DNA from: an uncultured Candidatus Saccharibacteria bacterium
GTDB taxonomy: Bacteria; Patescibacteriota; Minisyncoccia; Phycocordibacterales; UBA9973
NCBI GenBank assembly: GCA_964362545.1
Contig: CAYIEM010000003.1
Location: 1 to 51,381 of the forward strand
Length of the DNA stretch: 51,381 nt
Direction: 5' to 3'
The position numbers were made by a program, and so were the translations under genes. Below, piece by piece: positions 8,886 through 18,870 of the stretch. Below the pieces are notes generated by a model that was given only the letters and a program-made list of their open reading frames with translations, was not told the origin of the DNA and did not search any database. The stretch's first letter is position 1, and every line of letters begins with the position of its first letter.

Positions 8886-8910
8886 ACCCCGCATATTACC
8901 AGTTAATATT

Positions 8911-9036
8911 TTAAAAACAGCGGTTGAACCGCTGGGAATCAAAATATCCTCTCTCGGCCGGGGTCTTTCCACCGGCACTGAATTAGAGTATTCGGATAAC
9001 GATACCCTAAAAAACGCGCTGAAGAATAGGCAGTGA
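8911..9036 (+). pseudogene. recR: Duplicated 3' fragment of recR
   Basis: Encodes LKTAVEPLGIKISSLGRGLSTGTELEYSDNDTLKNALKNRQ*; the last 32 aa are identical to RecR at about 7978-8076 but with many synonymous differences. Confidence 0.9.
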
Positions 9037-9055
9037 AATGGGATCTATTTTTTCT

Positions 9056-9880
9056 CTACTTTTTATAAGCTCTGAGGCCATAATCTTGCGGATTATCTGG
9101 GTCGAGTTTGGTAGCTCCAAGCTGACTAAAGAATTTGTCTCCAGTCCCGTCCTCGCTAGCCACATCAATAAAACAAAAACCATGTTTCTCCGAAAACACA
9201 AACTCCACATAAATGCTACGTATTTTTTCAAGTTTATCTCTAGAAATATCCGGCGCCAAATACCTAAGAGCCGCGAGCATTATTCTCTGCTCCTTCTTTA
9301 GATCTCCTGATTCTTCTATTTTACCATTTGCCACAGAGGTCAATGCGCCCTGCCACTTAAAACCGATTTGGCCACTTCCTAGGTCTAAGGACGCATGAGT
9401 GAGTTCTCCAGGTCCAGCGCTTCCTATACCAGCATCGCCCTTAGCCAACTCCATCACTATGCGACTTTCATCATCTACAACAATAGAACCGACGTAGTCA
9501 GGCCTCCAATATTCACGCACTTCTATGTTATAACCCCCCTCGCATTTGGGAAGTTTCCTCACGAAAGATTCTGCCTCCTTCCAAGTCACATCCTTGATAC
9601 TTTTCCTGCCCCCTAAAGATAAATCTTTTGGCACACAACGAACATAGAATTTTTCTCCAACTCGCCCCTCTGGTAGTATTGAATCTTTTATAACCTCCAA
9701 TGAATCAGCCGGGCCATGGACTTTAAAAACAGGCAATCTAAGCTCCTCTAAGCGTTTGCGCCTTTTTTCGTTCTGTTTGAGAAAAAAATTAGCACTATGG
9801 TTATCGATAGAGCCAATACCTTTCCTACCGTTTGTCCAATCCCCCATAGCAGCACTTGATCCATTATTTTCGCTAACCAT
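9056..9880 (-). CDS. Hypothetical protein
   Basis: 274-aa ORF filling the gap between the recR fragment and rplU; no family recognised. Confidence 0.65.
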   Translation of the reverse strand: MVSENNGSSAAMGDWTNGRKGIGSIDNHSANFFLKQNEKRRKRLEELRLPVFKVHGPADSLEVIKDSILPEGRVGEKFYVRCVPKDLSLGGRKSIKDVTWKEAESFVRKLPKCEGGYNIEVREYWRPDYVGSIVVDDESRIVMELAKGDAGIGSAGPGELTHASLDLGSGQIGFKWQGALTSVANGKIEESGDLKKEQRIMLAALRYLAPDISRDKLEKIRSIYVEFVFSEKHGFCFIDVASEDGTGDKFFSQLGATKLDPDNPQDYGLRAYKK

Positions 9881-9926
9881 AAATATAGTTGTCTAACTAA
9901 AGTTCAACATCTACTAAAAACCTACC

Positions 9927-10253
9927 TTATTTTATTGAGATAATTTTAACTTTGAAAAATGGCTGACGGTGGCCGTTGCGACGGAGATAACGGGATTTTT
10001 GTTTGTATTTCATTACTAGAACTTTCCTGCCACGCCCTATCTCCATGAGTTCTGCGTCCACTTTAGCGTCTTTTATGTATGGGGTACCTATGGTAGTGTT
10101 TTTACCATCATCAACTAGAAGAACCTTATCAAAAGAAATCTTGTCTCCGACTTTGTATTCTCCCTTCATTTTTTCAATAGAAACAACGCTATCTTTAGAG
10201 ACTTTATATTGCTTGCCACCTGTTTGTATGACCGCGAATTCTTCTTTATCCAT
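9927..10253 (-). CDS. rplU: 50S ribosomal protein L21
   Basis: FAVIQTGGKQYKV, IGTPYI, GHRQPF; start moved to ATG 10253. Confidence 0.96.
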   Translation of the reverse strand: MDKEEFAVIQTGGKQYKVSKDSVVSIEKMKGEYKVGDKISFDKVLLVDDGKNTTIGTPYIKDAKVDAELMEIGRGRKVLVMKYKQKSRYLRRNGHRQPFFKVKIISIK

Positions 10254-10330
10254 ATTGCTCCATATTATACGATTAACCCTCAAAAAGCAAGTATTATTGG
10301 AATAAATCGTGCTATAATCAAAACAAATTT

Positions 10331-12109
10331 ATGAAAAACATTTTAAATAATCCAGTAGTCTACCTCTGGCGTAAGATGTGGACACATGCCGGACTTAGAC
10401 AAAAAAAGATAGTCTTGACCACAATATCATTTGTCTTAGCAGACATAATGGAGGCGGCTCAACCTTTGGTTTTTGCTTATTTTTTAAATTTTATCCAAAA
10501 AAATGGAATCTCAAAGGAAAATTTTTTTAATATATCCCTGATATTGACTGTTTTTCTTGTTGCAGAATTATTATTTTGGGTCTTTCATTCACCATCGAGA
10601 ATTGCTGAAAATAAAACCGCTTTTGCTGTGAAGAAAAATTATAAAGAATACCTGTTGCGTGGAACAATGGCTTTGCCACTCTCTTGGCACACCGACCACC
10701 ATTCGGGAGACACCATAGACAAGGTCGAAAAAGGAAGCAATGCGATTTTTTCTTTCTCCGAAAACACCTTTCAATTTTTATCAGCCTTGGTCAGACTTAC
10801 TATATCCTTTGGCGCCTTAATCTACTTTAATTTTTATACTTCCTTTGTTGCTATCTTTTTTACTCTTTTTACTTTTTATATTATTTTTCTTTATGATAAA
10901 AAACTGATCCCGGGCTATAGTGTTGTCAATAAACTTGAAAATATTATCTCAGCTAAGGTTTTCGATGTAATTAGCAACATAACTACTGTTATCATACTAC
11001 GTATAGAAAATTTAGTTTTCAAATCTATCAGTAAAACAATCAATGCCCCCTTTGCCCAATTTAAAAAGAATATCGTAAATAATGAGTTGAAATGGTTCTG
11101 GGCTGCAATTTTGGGTCAACTGTCTATAGTCCTTACCATGGGGATTTATCTTTTTTCCAACATCAATAGTGGCGAAGCCATTTTGATAGGTTCTATCTAT
11201 GTTTTGTACACCTATTCGTCTAAGGTTAAAGAAACTTTCTTTAGTTTTGCCTATCTTTACAACGATAGTGTTCGATGGCGATCCAACATATTAAATACTG
11301 AGGAAATTTCTAAAGATTTCTCTGAGATAGACGTCTCGGAAAATAATTATCTGCCGAGAGATTGGTCAAAAATATCTGTCAAAAATCTTTCTTTTTCTTA
11401 TAATGAAAATGAAGAAACAAATTTGAGTTTGGATAACATAAATCTTAGTTTCAATAAAGGTGACAAAATTGCCGTCATTGGGGAAAGTGGTGGGGGTAAG
11501 ACGACATTCTTAAAACTTTTCCGCGGACTTTATACTCCCATCCAAATAAATCTGGAAGTTGACGATCAAAAACTCGGAGAGAGTTTTAATCTCATTAGTG
11601 AATCTATTTCCTTAATACCGCAAGATCCGGAAATATTTTCTACTACTATCAGAGAAAACATCACTCTGGGAGTGGATTACACAGATAAAGAGATACACGA
11701 ATTTACAGATATGGCGTCTTTCACTGAAGTGGAAGAAAGGTTGCCGAAGGGTCTCGAATCAAGTATCGTGGAAAAAGGAGTAAATCTAAGCGGAGGAGAA
11801 AAACAACGTCTCGCTCTCGCGCGCGGTCTTTTAGCTTCAAAAGATAAAGAAATAGTGCTTCTTGATGAACCTACATCAAGCGTGGACTTCCATAATGAAC
11901 TCAAAATTTATGAAAACATTTTCTATAATTTTCCAGATAAAACCATTATTTCCTCTATTCATCGATTACACCTTCTTTCATTATTTGATGATATTTATTT
12001 TTTCAAAAAAGGTAAGATCATAGCTCGAGGCAACCTCGAGGAGTTAAAGGAACGTTCGAAAGATTTCCAACGCCTCTGGAAAAAATACCTCAAAACGCAG
12101 AATCAGTAG
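10331..12109 (+). CDS. ABC transporter, fused permease/ATP-binding (exporter type)
   Basis: N-terminal TM domain; GESGGGKT, LSGGEKQR, LLDEPTS, IHRL. Confidence 0.93.
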   Translation: MKNILNNPVVYLWRKMWTHAGLRQKKIVLTTISFVLADIMEAAQPLVFAYFLNFIQKNGISKENFFNISLILTVFLVAELLFWVFHSPSRIAENKTAFAVKKNYKEYLLRGTMALPLSWHTDHHSGDTIDKVEKGSNAIFSFSENTFQFLSALVRLTISFGALIYFNFYTSFVAIFFTLFTFYIIFLYDKKLIPGYSVVNKLENIISAKVFDVISNITTVIILRIENLVFKSISKTINAPFAQFKKNIVNNELKWFWAAILGQLSIVLTMGIYLFSNINSGEAILIGSIYVLYTYSSKVKETFFSFAYLYNDSVRWRSNILNTEEISKDFSEIDVSENNYLPRDWSKISVKNLSFSYNENEETNLSLDNINLSFNKGDKIAVIGESGGGKTTFLKLFRGLYTPIQINLEVDDQKLGESFNLISESISLIPQDPEIFSTTIRENITLGVDYTDKEIHEFTDMASFTEVEERLPKGLESSIVEKGVNLSGGEKQRLALARGLLASKDKEIVLLDEPTSSVDFHNELKIYENIFYNFPDKTIISSIHRLHLLSLFDDIYFFKKGKIIARGNLEELKERSKDFQRLWKKYLKTQNQ

Positions 12110-12122
12110 ATCAATAGATTTA

Positions 12123-12158
12123 GCGAACGGCTCAAATACTGGTATTTGAGCCGTTCGC
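12123..12158. repeat. Perfect 17-bp-arm intergenic palindrome (REP-like element or terminator)
   Basis: GCGAACGGCTCAAATAC-tg-GTATTTGAGCCGTTCGC; no clear U-tract on either side. Confidence 0.75.
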
Positions 12159-12174
12159 CTGTTATACTAAAGCT

Positions 12175-13185
12175 ATGCAAACAAAGATTATTGAAAGATA
12201 TTTTTTCTTTATCTTATTATTCATCACATTCGTTTTTTCTTTCCTGATTTTTCGCCCCTTTTGGATAGTGCTCGTGCTTGGTATTTCCTTCGCCATAGTA
12301 CTCTACCCCATTTACGAGTGGCTCAATAAAAAAATGCCAAACTCGCTGGCTGCCCTTTTGACCGTAATTTTGTTTATTTTAATAGTGGGAGTTCCTCTTT
12401 TCGGCATTGGTGCACTTGTTTTCAATCAAAGCCAGACCGCTTATCACGCAATAGTAAGCAATGTGGACTCCATATCTTTCCTAGATTCAATAAATAATAG
12501 GATAAACAAGATACTACCTGAAAATATTTCATTTGATTTGTATGAAAAAATTTCAGGTTCCATTTCTTTTGTGTCGAAAAATATAGCAAGTATCTTCACC
12601 TCAACCCTATCCACCATGTTTTCCTTAGTTCTTACTCTGTTATCCATTTTCTATTTCTTAAAAGATGGCGAGCGTTGGAAAAAAGCGTTGGTTGTACTCT
12701 CTCCGCTCGGAGATGTTGACGATAAAAAAATCATAAGCAAATTAGCGCGCGCAGTGAATGGAATAATAAAGGGATATCTTTTTATTGCTCTTATTCAGGG
12801 AATATTGCTTGGGCTAGGATTAGCCCTATTTGGAGTGCCGAATCCTGCGCTCTGGGGATTGGTGACTATAATAACAGCGCTCGTACCTACCGTCGGCACT
12901 GCAATAATTTCAATCCCAGCTATAATATTCCTCCTAGTAATAGGACAAACGATCGAAGCTGTCGGATTTACATTTTGGGCAATAGCAATAGTAGGAACAA
13001 TCGACAACCTACTCTCTCCATACATTATAGGCAACAGAATAAATCTGCCTCCGCTTTTGATTCTGCTTTCCGTACTGGGAGGAATCTCTCTCTTGGGTCC
13101 AGTCGGTATCTTGGTAGGACCTCTAACCATAAGCTTGCTTTATACTCTCATTTCTTTATACAGAAACGAGTTTCAACAAAAATAA
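12175..13185 (+). CDS. AI-2E family transporter
   Basis: Highly hydrophobic; FYFLKDG, IDNLLSP, GG...GPVGILVGP motifs. Confidence 0.9.
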   Translation: MQTKIIERYFFFILLFITFVFSFLIFRPFWIVLVLGISFAIVLYPIYEWLNKKMPNSLAALLTVILFILIVGVPLFGIGALVFNQSQTAYHAIVSNVDSISFLDSINNRINKILPENISFDLYEKISGSISFVSKNIASIFTSTLSTMFSLVLTLLSIFYFLKDGERWKKALVVLSPLGDVDDKKIISKLARAVNGIIKGYLFIALIQGILLGLGLALFGVPNPALWGLVTIITALVPTVGTAIISIPAIIFLLVIGQTIEAVGFTFWAIAIVGTIDNLLSPYIIGNRINLPPLLILLSVLGGISLLGPVGILVGPLTISLLYTLISLYRNEFQQK

Positions 13186-13241
13186 AGAAAAGATTTGACA
13201 ACCGCCAGGGATAATTCTCTGCTATAATAATCGATACGAAT

Positions 13242-14624
13242 ATGCCATTAAGATTTTACAACACGCTAACAAGAAAAAAGGAGGAATTTGTTCCGATCAA
13301 TCCGGAGGAAGTGCAAATGTACACTTGCGGACCGACGGTATATGACTTCGTTCACATAGGCAATCTTCGCGCTTACCTTTTCCCGGATATCTTGGTTCGA
13401 ACCTTAAGATATTCCGGACTAAGGGTGAAGCAAGTAATGAATCTAACCGACATTGGACACCTGTCAAGCGACGCCGATTCGGGAGAGGATAAAATGACCA
13501 AAGGATTGTTACGAGAAGGGAAAGAATTGACGCTAGAAAATATGCGCTGGCTTGCCGAATTTTATACAGAAAAATTCAAGGAGGATGCAAGGGCGCTCAA
13601 CATAAAATTGCCTGATGATATGTACTTCGCGAGTGATTATGTGAAAGAAGACGTAGAACTTGTTAAAAAACTCGAAGAAAAAAAATACACATACAAAACA
13701 AGTGACGGCGTCTATTTCGATATTTCAAAGATGCCCGATTATGGGGAACTCGTCGGAGGGAAAAGAGATTGGAATAAAGAGGGAGCCAGGATAGCGGAAA
13801 ACCCGGAGAAAAAACAACCTGAGGATTTCGCGCTTTGGAAATTTAACGACAAAATAGGATTTGAATCTCCATTCGGAAAAGGATTTCCCGGATGGCACAT
13901 AGAATGCTCTGCTATGGGTATTAAATTTCTTGGTGAGCAATTCGACATACATACCGGCGGAATAGATTTAATTCCAACACACCATACAAATGAAATAGCT
14001 CAATCGGAATGCGCAACCGGTAAAAAACCTTTTGTGAGATTCTGGTTGCACAGTGAACACGTAGATACTGGAGGAGAAAAAATGGCGAAATCTACAGGAA
14101 ATTTTCTTAAAATGGGTAGCTTGAAGGAGAGGAATATTAACCCCGTCGCATATCGGTTTCTACTGCTAATGGCAAGCTATCGAACTAAAGTAAATTTCAA
14201 CTGGGAAGCCCTGGAAGGGGCAGAAATAGCGTTAAAACGTCTTTACAGACTTTATGTAGAGCTCGGAGATACTAAAGGAAACATAGACCTAGGATACCAA
14301 AAAAGGTTCAGGGAATACCTAGAGGACGACATGGATACTCCAAGGGCCTTGTCTTTGCTTTGGGACCTCTTGAAAGACGAAAGGGTCTCTGCCGCAGATA
14401 AAAAGGCAACAATGCTTGATTTTGACCAAGTACTTGGGCTTGGTTTGGAGAGTTTGAAAGAAAAAATAATCCCAGAAGAAATATTGAAGCTCTCGACAGA
14501 GCGCGAAGAAGCCCGTAAAAATAAAGATTTCAAAAAATCAGATGAGCTCAGAGAAAAAATCAATGCTCTGGGGTACGAAGTAAAAGATTTGTCTGATGGA
14601 AGTCAGGAGATTCCGAAAATCTAG
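13242..14624 (+). CDS. cysS: Cysteine-tRNA ligase
   Basis: YTCGPTVY, HIGN, DFALWK, PGWHIECS, HTGGIDL..THHTNE, KMAKS. Confidence 0.96.
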   Translation: MPLRFYNTLTRKKEEFVPINPEEVQMYTCGPTVYDFVHIGNLRAYLFPDILVRTLRYSGLRVKQVMNLTDIGHLSSDADSGEDKMTKGLLREGKELTLENMRWLAEFYTEKFKEDARALNIKLPDDMYFASDYVKEDVELVKKLEEKKYTYKTSDGVYFDISKMPDYGELVGGKRDWNKEGARIAENPEKKQPEDFALWKFNDKIGFESPFGKGFPGWHIECSAMGIKFLGEQFDIHTGGIDLIPTHHTNEIAQSECATGKKPFVRFWLHSEHVDTGGEKMAKSTGNFLKMGSLKERNINPVAYRFLLLMASYRTKVNFNWEALEGAEIALKRLYRLYVELGDTKGNIDLGYQKRFREYLEDDMDTPRALSLLWDLLKDERVSAADKKATMLDFDQVLGLGLESLKEKIIPEEILKLSTEREEARKNKDFKKSDELREKINALGYEVKDLSDGSQEIPKI

Positions 14625-15541
14625 ATTTTCTTCGGAAAAATAACCGACAAAATCAGAGAAAGAAACAAAACAAACATAATAACAGAAAAAGACACCATGG
14701 AAGACAAATGCAATCCGAATATCCCTAGAAGCATTTTGCCTCCGACAAACACCAGTATTACGGAAAGTCCTTTTTGTAAATGATGAAATTTATGCAAAAC
14801 ATTTTCTATCAAGAAGAAAAGTGCTCGGAGTCCCATAACAGCGAAAATATTTGAAGTAAATATTATAAATGTATTTTGGGTAATAGAAAAAGCCGCTGGT
14901 ATCGAATCTATCGCAAAGACTATGTCGGTGCTTTCTACGATCAAGAGCACCATAAACAATATGGTGGCATGCCACTTCCCGTTCTCTTTTAAGAAGAACT
15001 TCCCTTCACTCGGAGCCGTAGTGAAAGGCAGAAAATGCCGGGCAAATTTTATCATCCTGTTTTCGTGAAAATTGATATGTTCTTCTTTTTTGTCAAAAAA
15101 CAACTTAAAACCCGTATATATTAAAATAGCCCCGAAAATATAAAGCACAAAATGAAACTGGCTTATTATTAAAGAACCAATGCCTATAAACAATGCTCGG
15201 GAAATAATGGCCCCCAGAATTCCCCAGAATAAAACTTTATGGTGGTATTTTTCCTCCAATTTAAAGAAGCTGAAAATAAGAAGTATGACAAAAAGATTGT
15301 CCACCGAGAGCATCTTTTCGGTAACGTAAGCGCTCAAAAACTCTACTGCCAGAATCTTGTCCATAAACAAGAACAAGCCAAGTGCGAACAAAAGCGCCAA
15401 GAAAATCCAAAAAATAGATTGCGCCAACGCTTCTTTTAATTCTATCCGGTGAGCTTTTTTGTTTAAAAATCCTAAATCAAAAACAAGGAATCCTATTATC
15501 AGGACCGTAAAAACAATCGAAAAAATACTTTGAATTTCCAC
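14621..15541 (-). CDS. TerC/Alx family metal homeostasis membrane protein
   Basis: EKMLSVDNLFV, DIVFAIDSIPA, TSNIFAVMGLRALFF. Confidence 0.93.
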   Translation of the reverse strand: MEIQSIFSIVFTVLIIGFLVFDLGFLNKKAHRIELKEALAQSIFWIFLALLFALGLFLFMDKILAVEFLSAYVTEKMLSVDNLFVILLIFSFFKLEEKYHHKVLFWGILGAIISRALFIGIGSLIISQFHFVLYIFGAILIYTGFKLFFDKKEEHINFHENRMIKFARHFLPFTTAPSEGKFFLKENGKWHATILFMVLLIVESTDIVFAIDSIPAAFSITQNTFIIFTSNIFAVMGLRALFFLIENVLHKFHHLQKGLSVILVFVGGKMLLGIFGLHLSSMVSFSVIMFVLFLSLILSVIFPKKI

Positions 15542-15578
15542 CTTTAAATGATAACACGCGCTACACTATAAACACAAT

Positions 15579-16628
15579 TTAGATTGCGGGTTGTTGTTGG
15601 GTCATGCAATGAATCGCCCCACCGCCATAAATGATATCAGTACAATCTATACCAATGACACTTTTATCCGGAAAAAGCGACTGCCAAATTTCCAAGGCCT
15701 TACTGTCGTTTTTATCCTTAAAAGTCTGGGTTAAAATAACTTTGTTCCCAATATAACAATTAGTATAAGAGACTGGGGCTTTTGTTCCATCATCAAATTT
15801 AACATGAGGTATTGGAAGCTTTATAACTTCAAATGACGTACTATCCTGATCGGTGGCATCTTTTAAAATTTCGTAATTAGTTTTAAGGATTTCGAAATTC
15901 TCATCAGCAGAATCTTCTTCATATGCACAAACTATTTTATTCGCAGCTACAAATCTTGCTATCTCATCTACATGTCCATCAGTATGGTCGTTGATCAAAC
16001 CCTGCTTAAGCCAAATTATTTTACTGACACCTAAATAATTTTCCAAATTTTTTTCAATTTGTTTTTTGCTGAGATGCGGATTGCGATTTACATTGAGTAA
16101 GCACTGCTCTGTGGTGATTAGTGTGCCTCGACCATTAACATCCACAGAACCATTTTCTAAAACCATATCCACCTTAAATTTCTTGCCTTCTGGAGTAAGT
16201 ATATTAAAAACATTCCTATCTTTTAGCACAGGGGTAAAATACGGGTCTTCGGCCTTGCCATAGGCATTGTAGTCAAATTTAACCCAGCCAAGAATTTTGT
16301 CCTTGCGATTTACTAGAAAAAAAGGCCCGTAGTCTCTGATCCATACATCTTGAAAATTTATAATATGTAAATTGACCCGAGCCAAGTCGATATCTGCGTT
16401 TCCCAGCATGCGAACAACTTTCTCTTTCATTGTGTTATCGAGAACCAACAATTCCACATTTTCACTGGTGTGAATCGCAGAGATTATTTCTATAAATCTT
16501 TGCTCCACTTTCTCCACACGCTCAGGGAAAGTAGTATCGTCATAAGGCCATGCAAGCCAGACAGCTGAATGTTCTTCCCACTCAGCAGGCATAATGAAAC
16601 CTAGTTGTTTCGGAGTTTGTGAAGACAT
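15579..16628 (-). CDS. aguA: Agmatine deiminase
   Basis: MPAEWE.H, DVWIRDYGP, DHTDGHVD, GGGAIHCMTQQQP. Confidence 0.93.
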   Translation of the reverse strand: MSSQTPKQLGFIMPAEWEEHSAVWLAWPYDDTTFPERVEKVEQRFIEIISAIHTSENVELLVLDNTMKEKVVRMLGNADIDLARVNLHIINFQDVWIRDYGPFFLVNRKDKILGWVKFDYNAYGKAEDPYFTPVLKDRNVFNILTPEGKKFKVDMVLENGSVDVNGRGTLITTEQCLLNVNRNPHLSKKQIEKNLENYLGVSKIIWLKQGLINDHTDGHVDEIARFVAANKIVCAYEEDSADENFEILKTNYEILKDATDQDSTSFEVIKLPIPHVKFDDGTKAPVSYTNCYIGNKVILTQTFKDKNDSKALEIWQSLFPDKSVIGIDCTDIIYGGGAIHCMTQQQPAI

Positions 16629-17573
16629 TTATCTTTTACTTATATTTTTACCTAAGGATTTTTTAATGTTTTTATAGTGTGCAATATTTTTAAGTTTTTT
16701 TGTTTTTTCCACAAATTTGTTCGTCAGTAACATTTTGTAAGTGTCGGGTCGGCGGTTACGCAAAAATCCCCAACCTTCAGAGATAAATTTATTCATAGAA
16801 AGATCCACTTTCACAATTACAACCTCTTCTTTGTCAGGGGTTGCCCTTTTGATAACCTTGCCAAAAGCATCAGCAACGAACGACTGACCCCAAAATTTGC
16901 TATTACCCTCTCTCCCTATTCTATTAACTGCAGCGACTACCACGCTATTAGCGATAGCATGCCCTCTCATGACTGTCTCCCAAGCATTCTGCCAATGCCC
17001 TTCAGGAGGCACATAATCTACGATGTCAGCAATAGCTGTAGGATAGAAAATTATCTCCGCTCCAGACAGCCTCGCAACTCTAGCCGCCTCAGGAAACCAT
17101 TGATCATAACAGATTAAAACGGCAAAACTGCCAAATTTAGTCTTGAAAACCTTATAGCCATCTTTTCCGTGTTCGAAATAATCTTTTTCATAGAAGCCCG
17201 GATCTTGGGGAATATGGACTTTGTGATATTTGCCAAGCATTTTTCCTTTTTCGTCAACAACCAAAGCTGTATTGTAATATCTACCGTCTTTGGCTTTTTC
17301 AAACAAAGGAACAATGATGACTATCCCGAGTTCTTTTGCCAATCTTATTATTGTCTCTGTCGTCGAACCTGGAATGGTCTCGGCGTATTTGTCTTTATCT
17401 TGGCCTTGACGCTGGGGAAAATAAGGTGTCTGGAAAAGTTCTTGCAAACAAATAATTTGTGCATCGTTTTTAGCAGCCTGACGAATCATTTTCACAGTTC
17501 TTTCGACATTATTTTCTGTATCTGCCGATACCCTACTTTGAATCAACCCAATTGTTACAAATTTATTTTTCAT
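16629..17573 (-). CDS. aguB: Carbon-nitrogen hydrolase, probable N-carbamoylputrescine amidase
   Basis: CLQELF, KYHKVHIP..PGFYEK.YF, ICYDQWFPE, FYPTAI; abuts aguA. Confidence 0.85.
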   Translation of the reverse strand: MKNKFVTIGLIQSRVSADTENNVERTVKMIRQAAKNDAQIICLQELFQTPYFPQRQGQDKDKYAETIPGSTTETIIRLAKELGIVIIVPLFEKAKDGRYYNTALVVDEKGKMLGKYHKVHIPQDPGFYEKDYFEHGKDGYKVFKTKFGSFAVLICYDQWFPEAARVARLSGAEIIFYPTAIADIVDYVPPEGHWQNAWETVMRGHAIANSVVVAAVNRIGREGNSKFWGQSFVADAFGKVIKRATPDKEEVVIVKVDLSMNKFISEGWGFLRNRRPDTYKMLLTNKFVEKTKKLKNIAHYKNIKKSLGKNISKR

Positions 17574-17745
17574 ACGTAAAATGATAACATTACTGGACGA
17601 AAAAACAAACAGAATTAGACCGTTTTAATTCTGAAAATTCTTTTACGGTAAATAAAACAAATTTCAATAACATTGGCTAATATAAAATATATCGAATTAT
17701 GGTGGTAAAAATAGTGATGTAAATAATATTTTCTGGAAGCATGAC

Positions 17746-18846
17746 CTATATCCCCTCTTTTTTGAGTTGTTCGACTAGCTCGCGGGATTTGTGAGATAAT
17801 TTTCCCGGAAGTTTTATTTTTAGTTTGATTAGCAAATCCCCTCGCTTGCTTTTTGAAGAAGGCACACCGTGTCCCTTCACGCGAAGAATTTCGCCCACAG
17901 ATACCCCTTCCGGAATTTTAACTTTTATTTCACCATCCAGAGTTTTTATAGCGTATTCCGTACCCAAGAGAGCATCTGAGAGTCTCAAATCCAAATTCAT
18001 TACCAGATCATTGCCATCCCTTTTAAACACCGCGTGTGCTGCGACATTTACTTTTATATACAAATCGCCAGATGTTCCCCTTGATACTGCTTCACCCCCA
18101 CCCGTCATCCTTATCATTTCGCCATCTCGCATTCCAGCTGGCACATTTATAGTTATTTCTTCCTCGCGTCGAAATACTCCTTTGCCTTTACATGTCTCGC
18201 ATTTTTCTTTTGGTACCTCTCCCGCGCCAAGACATTCCTCGCAAGTTTTTGTGCTTGAAATAGTTCCTAAGATTGTTCTTTTGGCTTCACGGATTTTTCC
18301 CTGACCGTTACAATACTTACAAGTTTCCATCTTCGTACCTACCTTTGCCCCGGAACCACTGCAGGCAAAGCAATTTGAAGTTTTGGTGATTAAAATTTTC
18401 CTGCTTACTCCAAATACAGATTCAGCGAAAGAAATTTGAATCTCGGTGGAAATATCGCGCCCACGCCTCGCTTCCCTTCTGCCTCCCCCCATTCCTCCCG
18501 TAAAAAAGTCACTAAAAATGTCGTTTAAGTTTCCGAAATCAAAATCAGCACTCCCATTCTGAAAACCAGAAAAATCGAAACCAGAAAAGCCCTGCTGTGA
18601 GCCACCGAAGCCCCCGGCGGAGGCGCTTCCCATATTTTCAAAACCAGAGCCAAATTGATCGTATTTTGAGCGTTTAGTGTCATCAGAAAGCACCTGATAA
18701 GCTTCGTTTACTTGTTTAAATTTTGCTTCATTCCCCTCTTTTTTATCCGGATGGTATTTGTGCGCCAATTTATAAAAAGCCTTTTTAATTTCGTCCTTAG
18801 AAGCGCCTTTATTTACGCCCAAAATTTCATAGTAATCTTTTGACAT
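17746..18846 (-). CDS. dnaJ: Chaperone DnaJ
   Basis: J domain with HPD, G/F region, four CxxCxGxG repeats. Confidence 0.97.
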   Translation of the reverse strand: MSKDYYEILGVNKGASKDEIKKAFYKLAHKYHPDKKEGNEAKFKQVNEAYQVLSDDTKRSKYDQFGSGFENMGSASAGGFGGSQQGFSGFDFSGFQNGSADFDFGNLNDIFSDFFTGGMGGGRREARRGRDISTEIQISFAESVFGVSRKILITKTSNCFACSGSGAKVGTKMETCKYCNGQGKIREAKRTILGTISSTKTCEECLGAGEVPKEKCETCKGKGVFRREEEITINVPAGMRDGEMIRMTGGGEAVSRGTSGDLYIKVNVAAHAVFKRDGNDLVMNLDLRLSDALLGTEYAIKTLDGEIKVKIPEGVSVGEILRVKGHGVPSSKSKRGDLLIKLKIKLPGKLSHKSRELVEQLKKEGI

Positions 18847-18870
18847 ATTTTTATTTTACTTGGCTTGCCA

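Noticed and set aside
8854-9036. 60-aa ORF as an independent gene
   Set aside because: It is the duplicated recR tail with a fortuitous upstream start inside the preceding gene.
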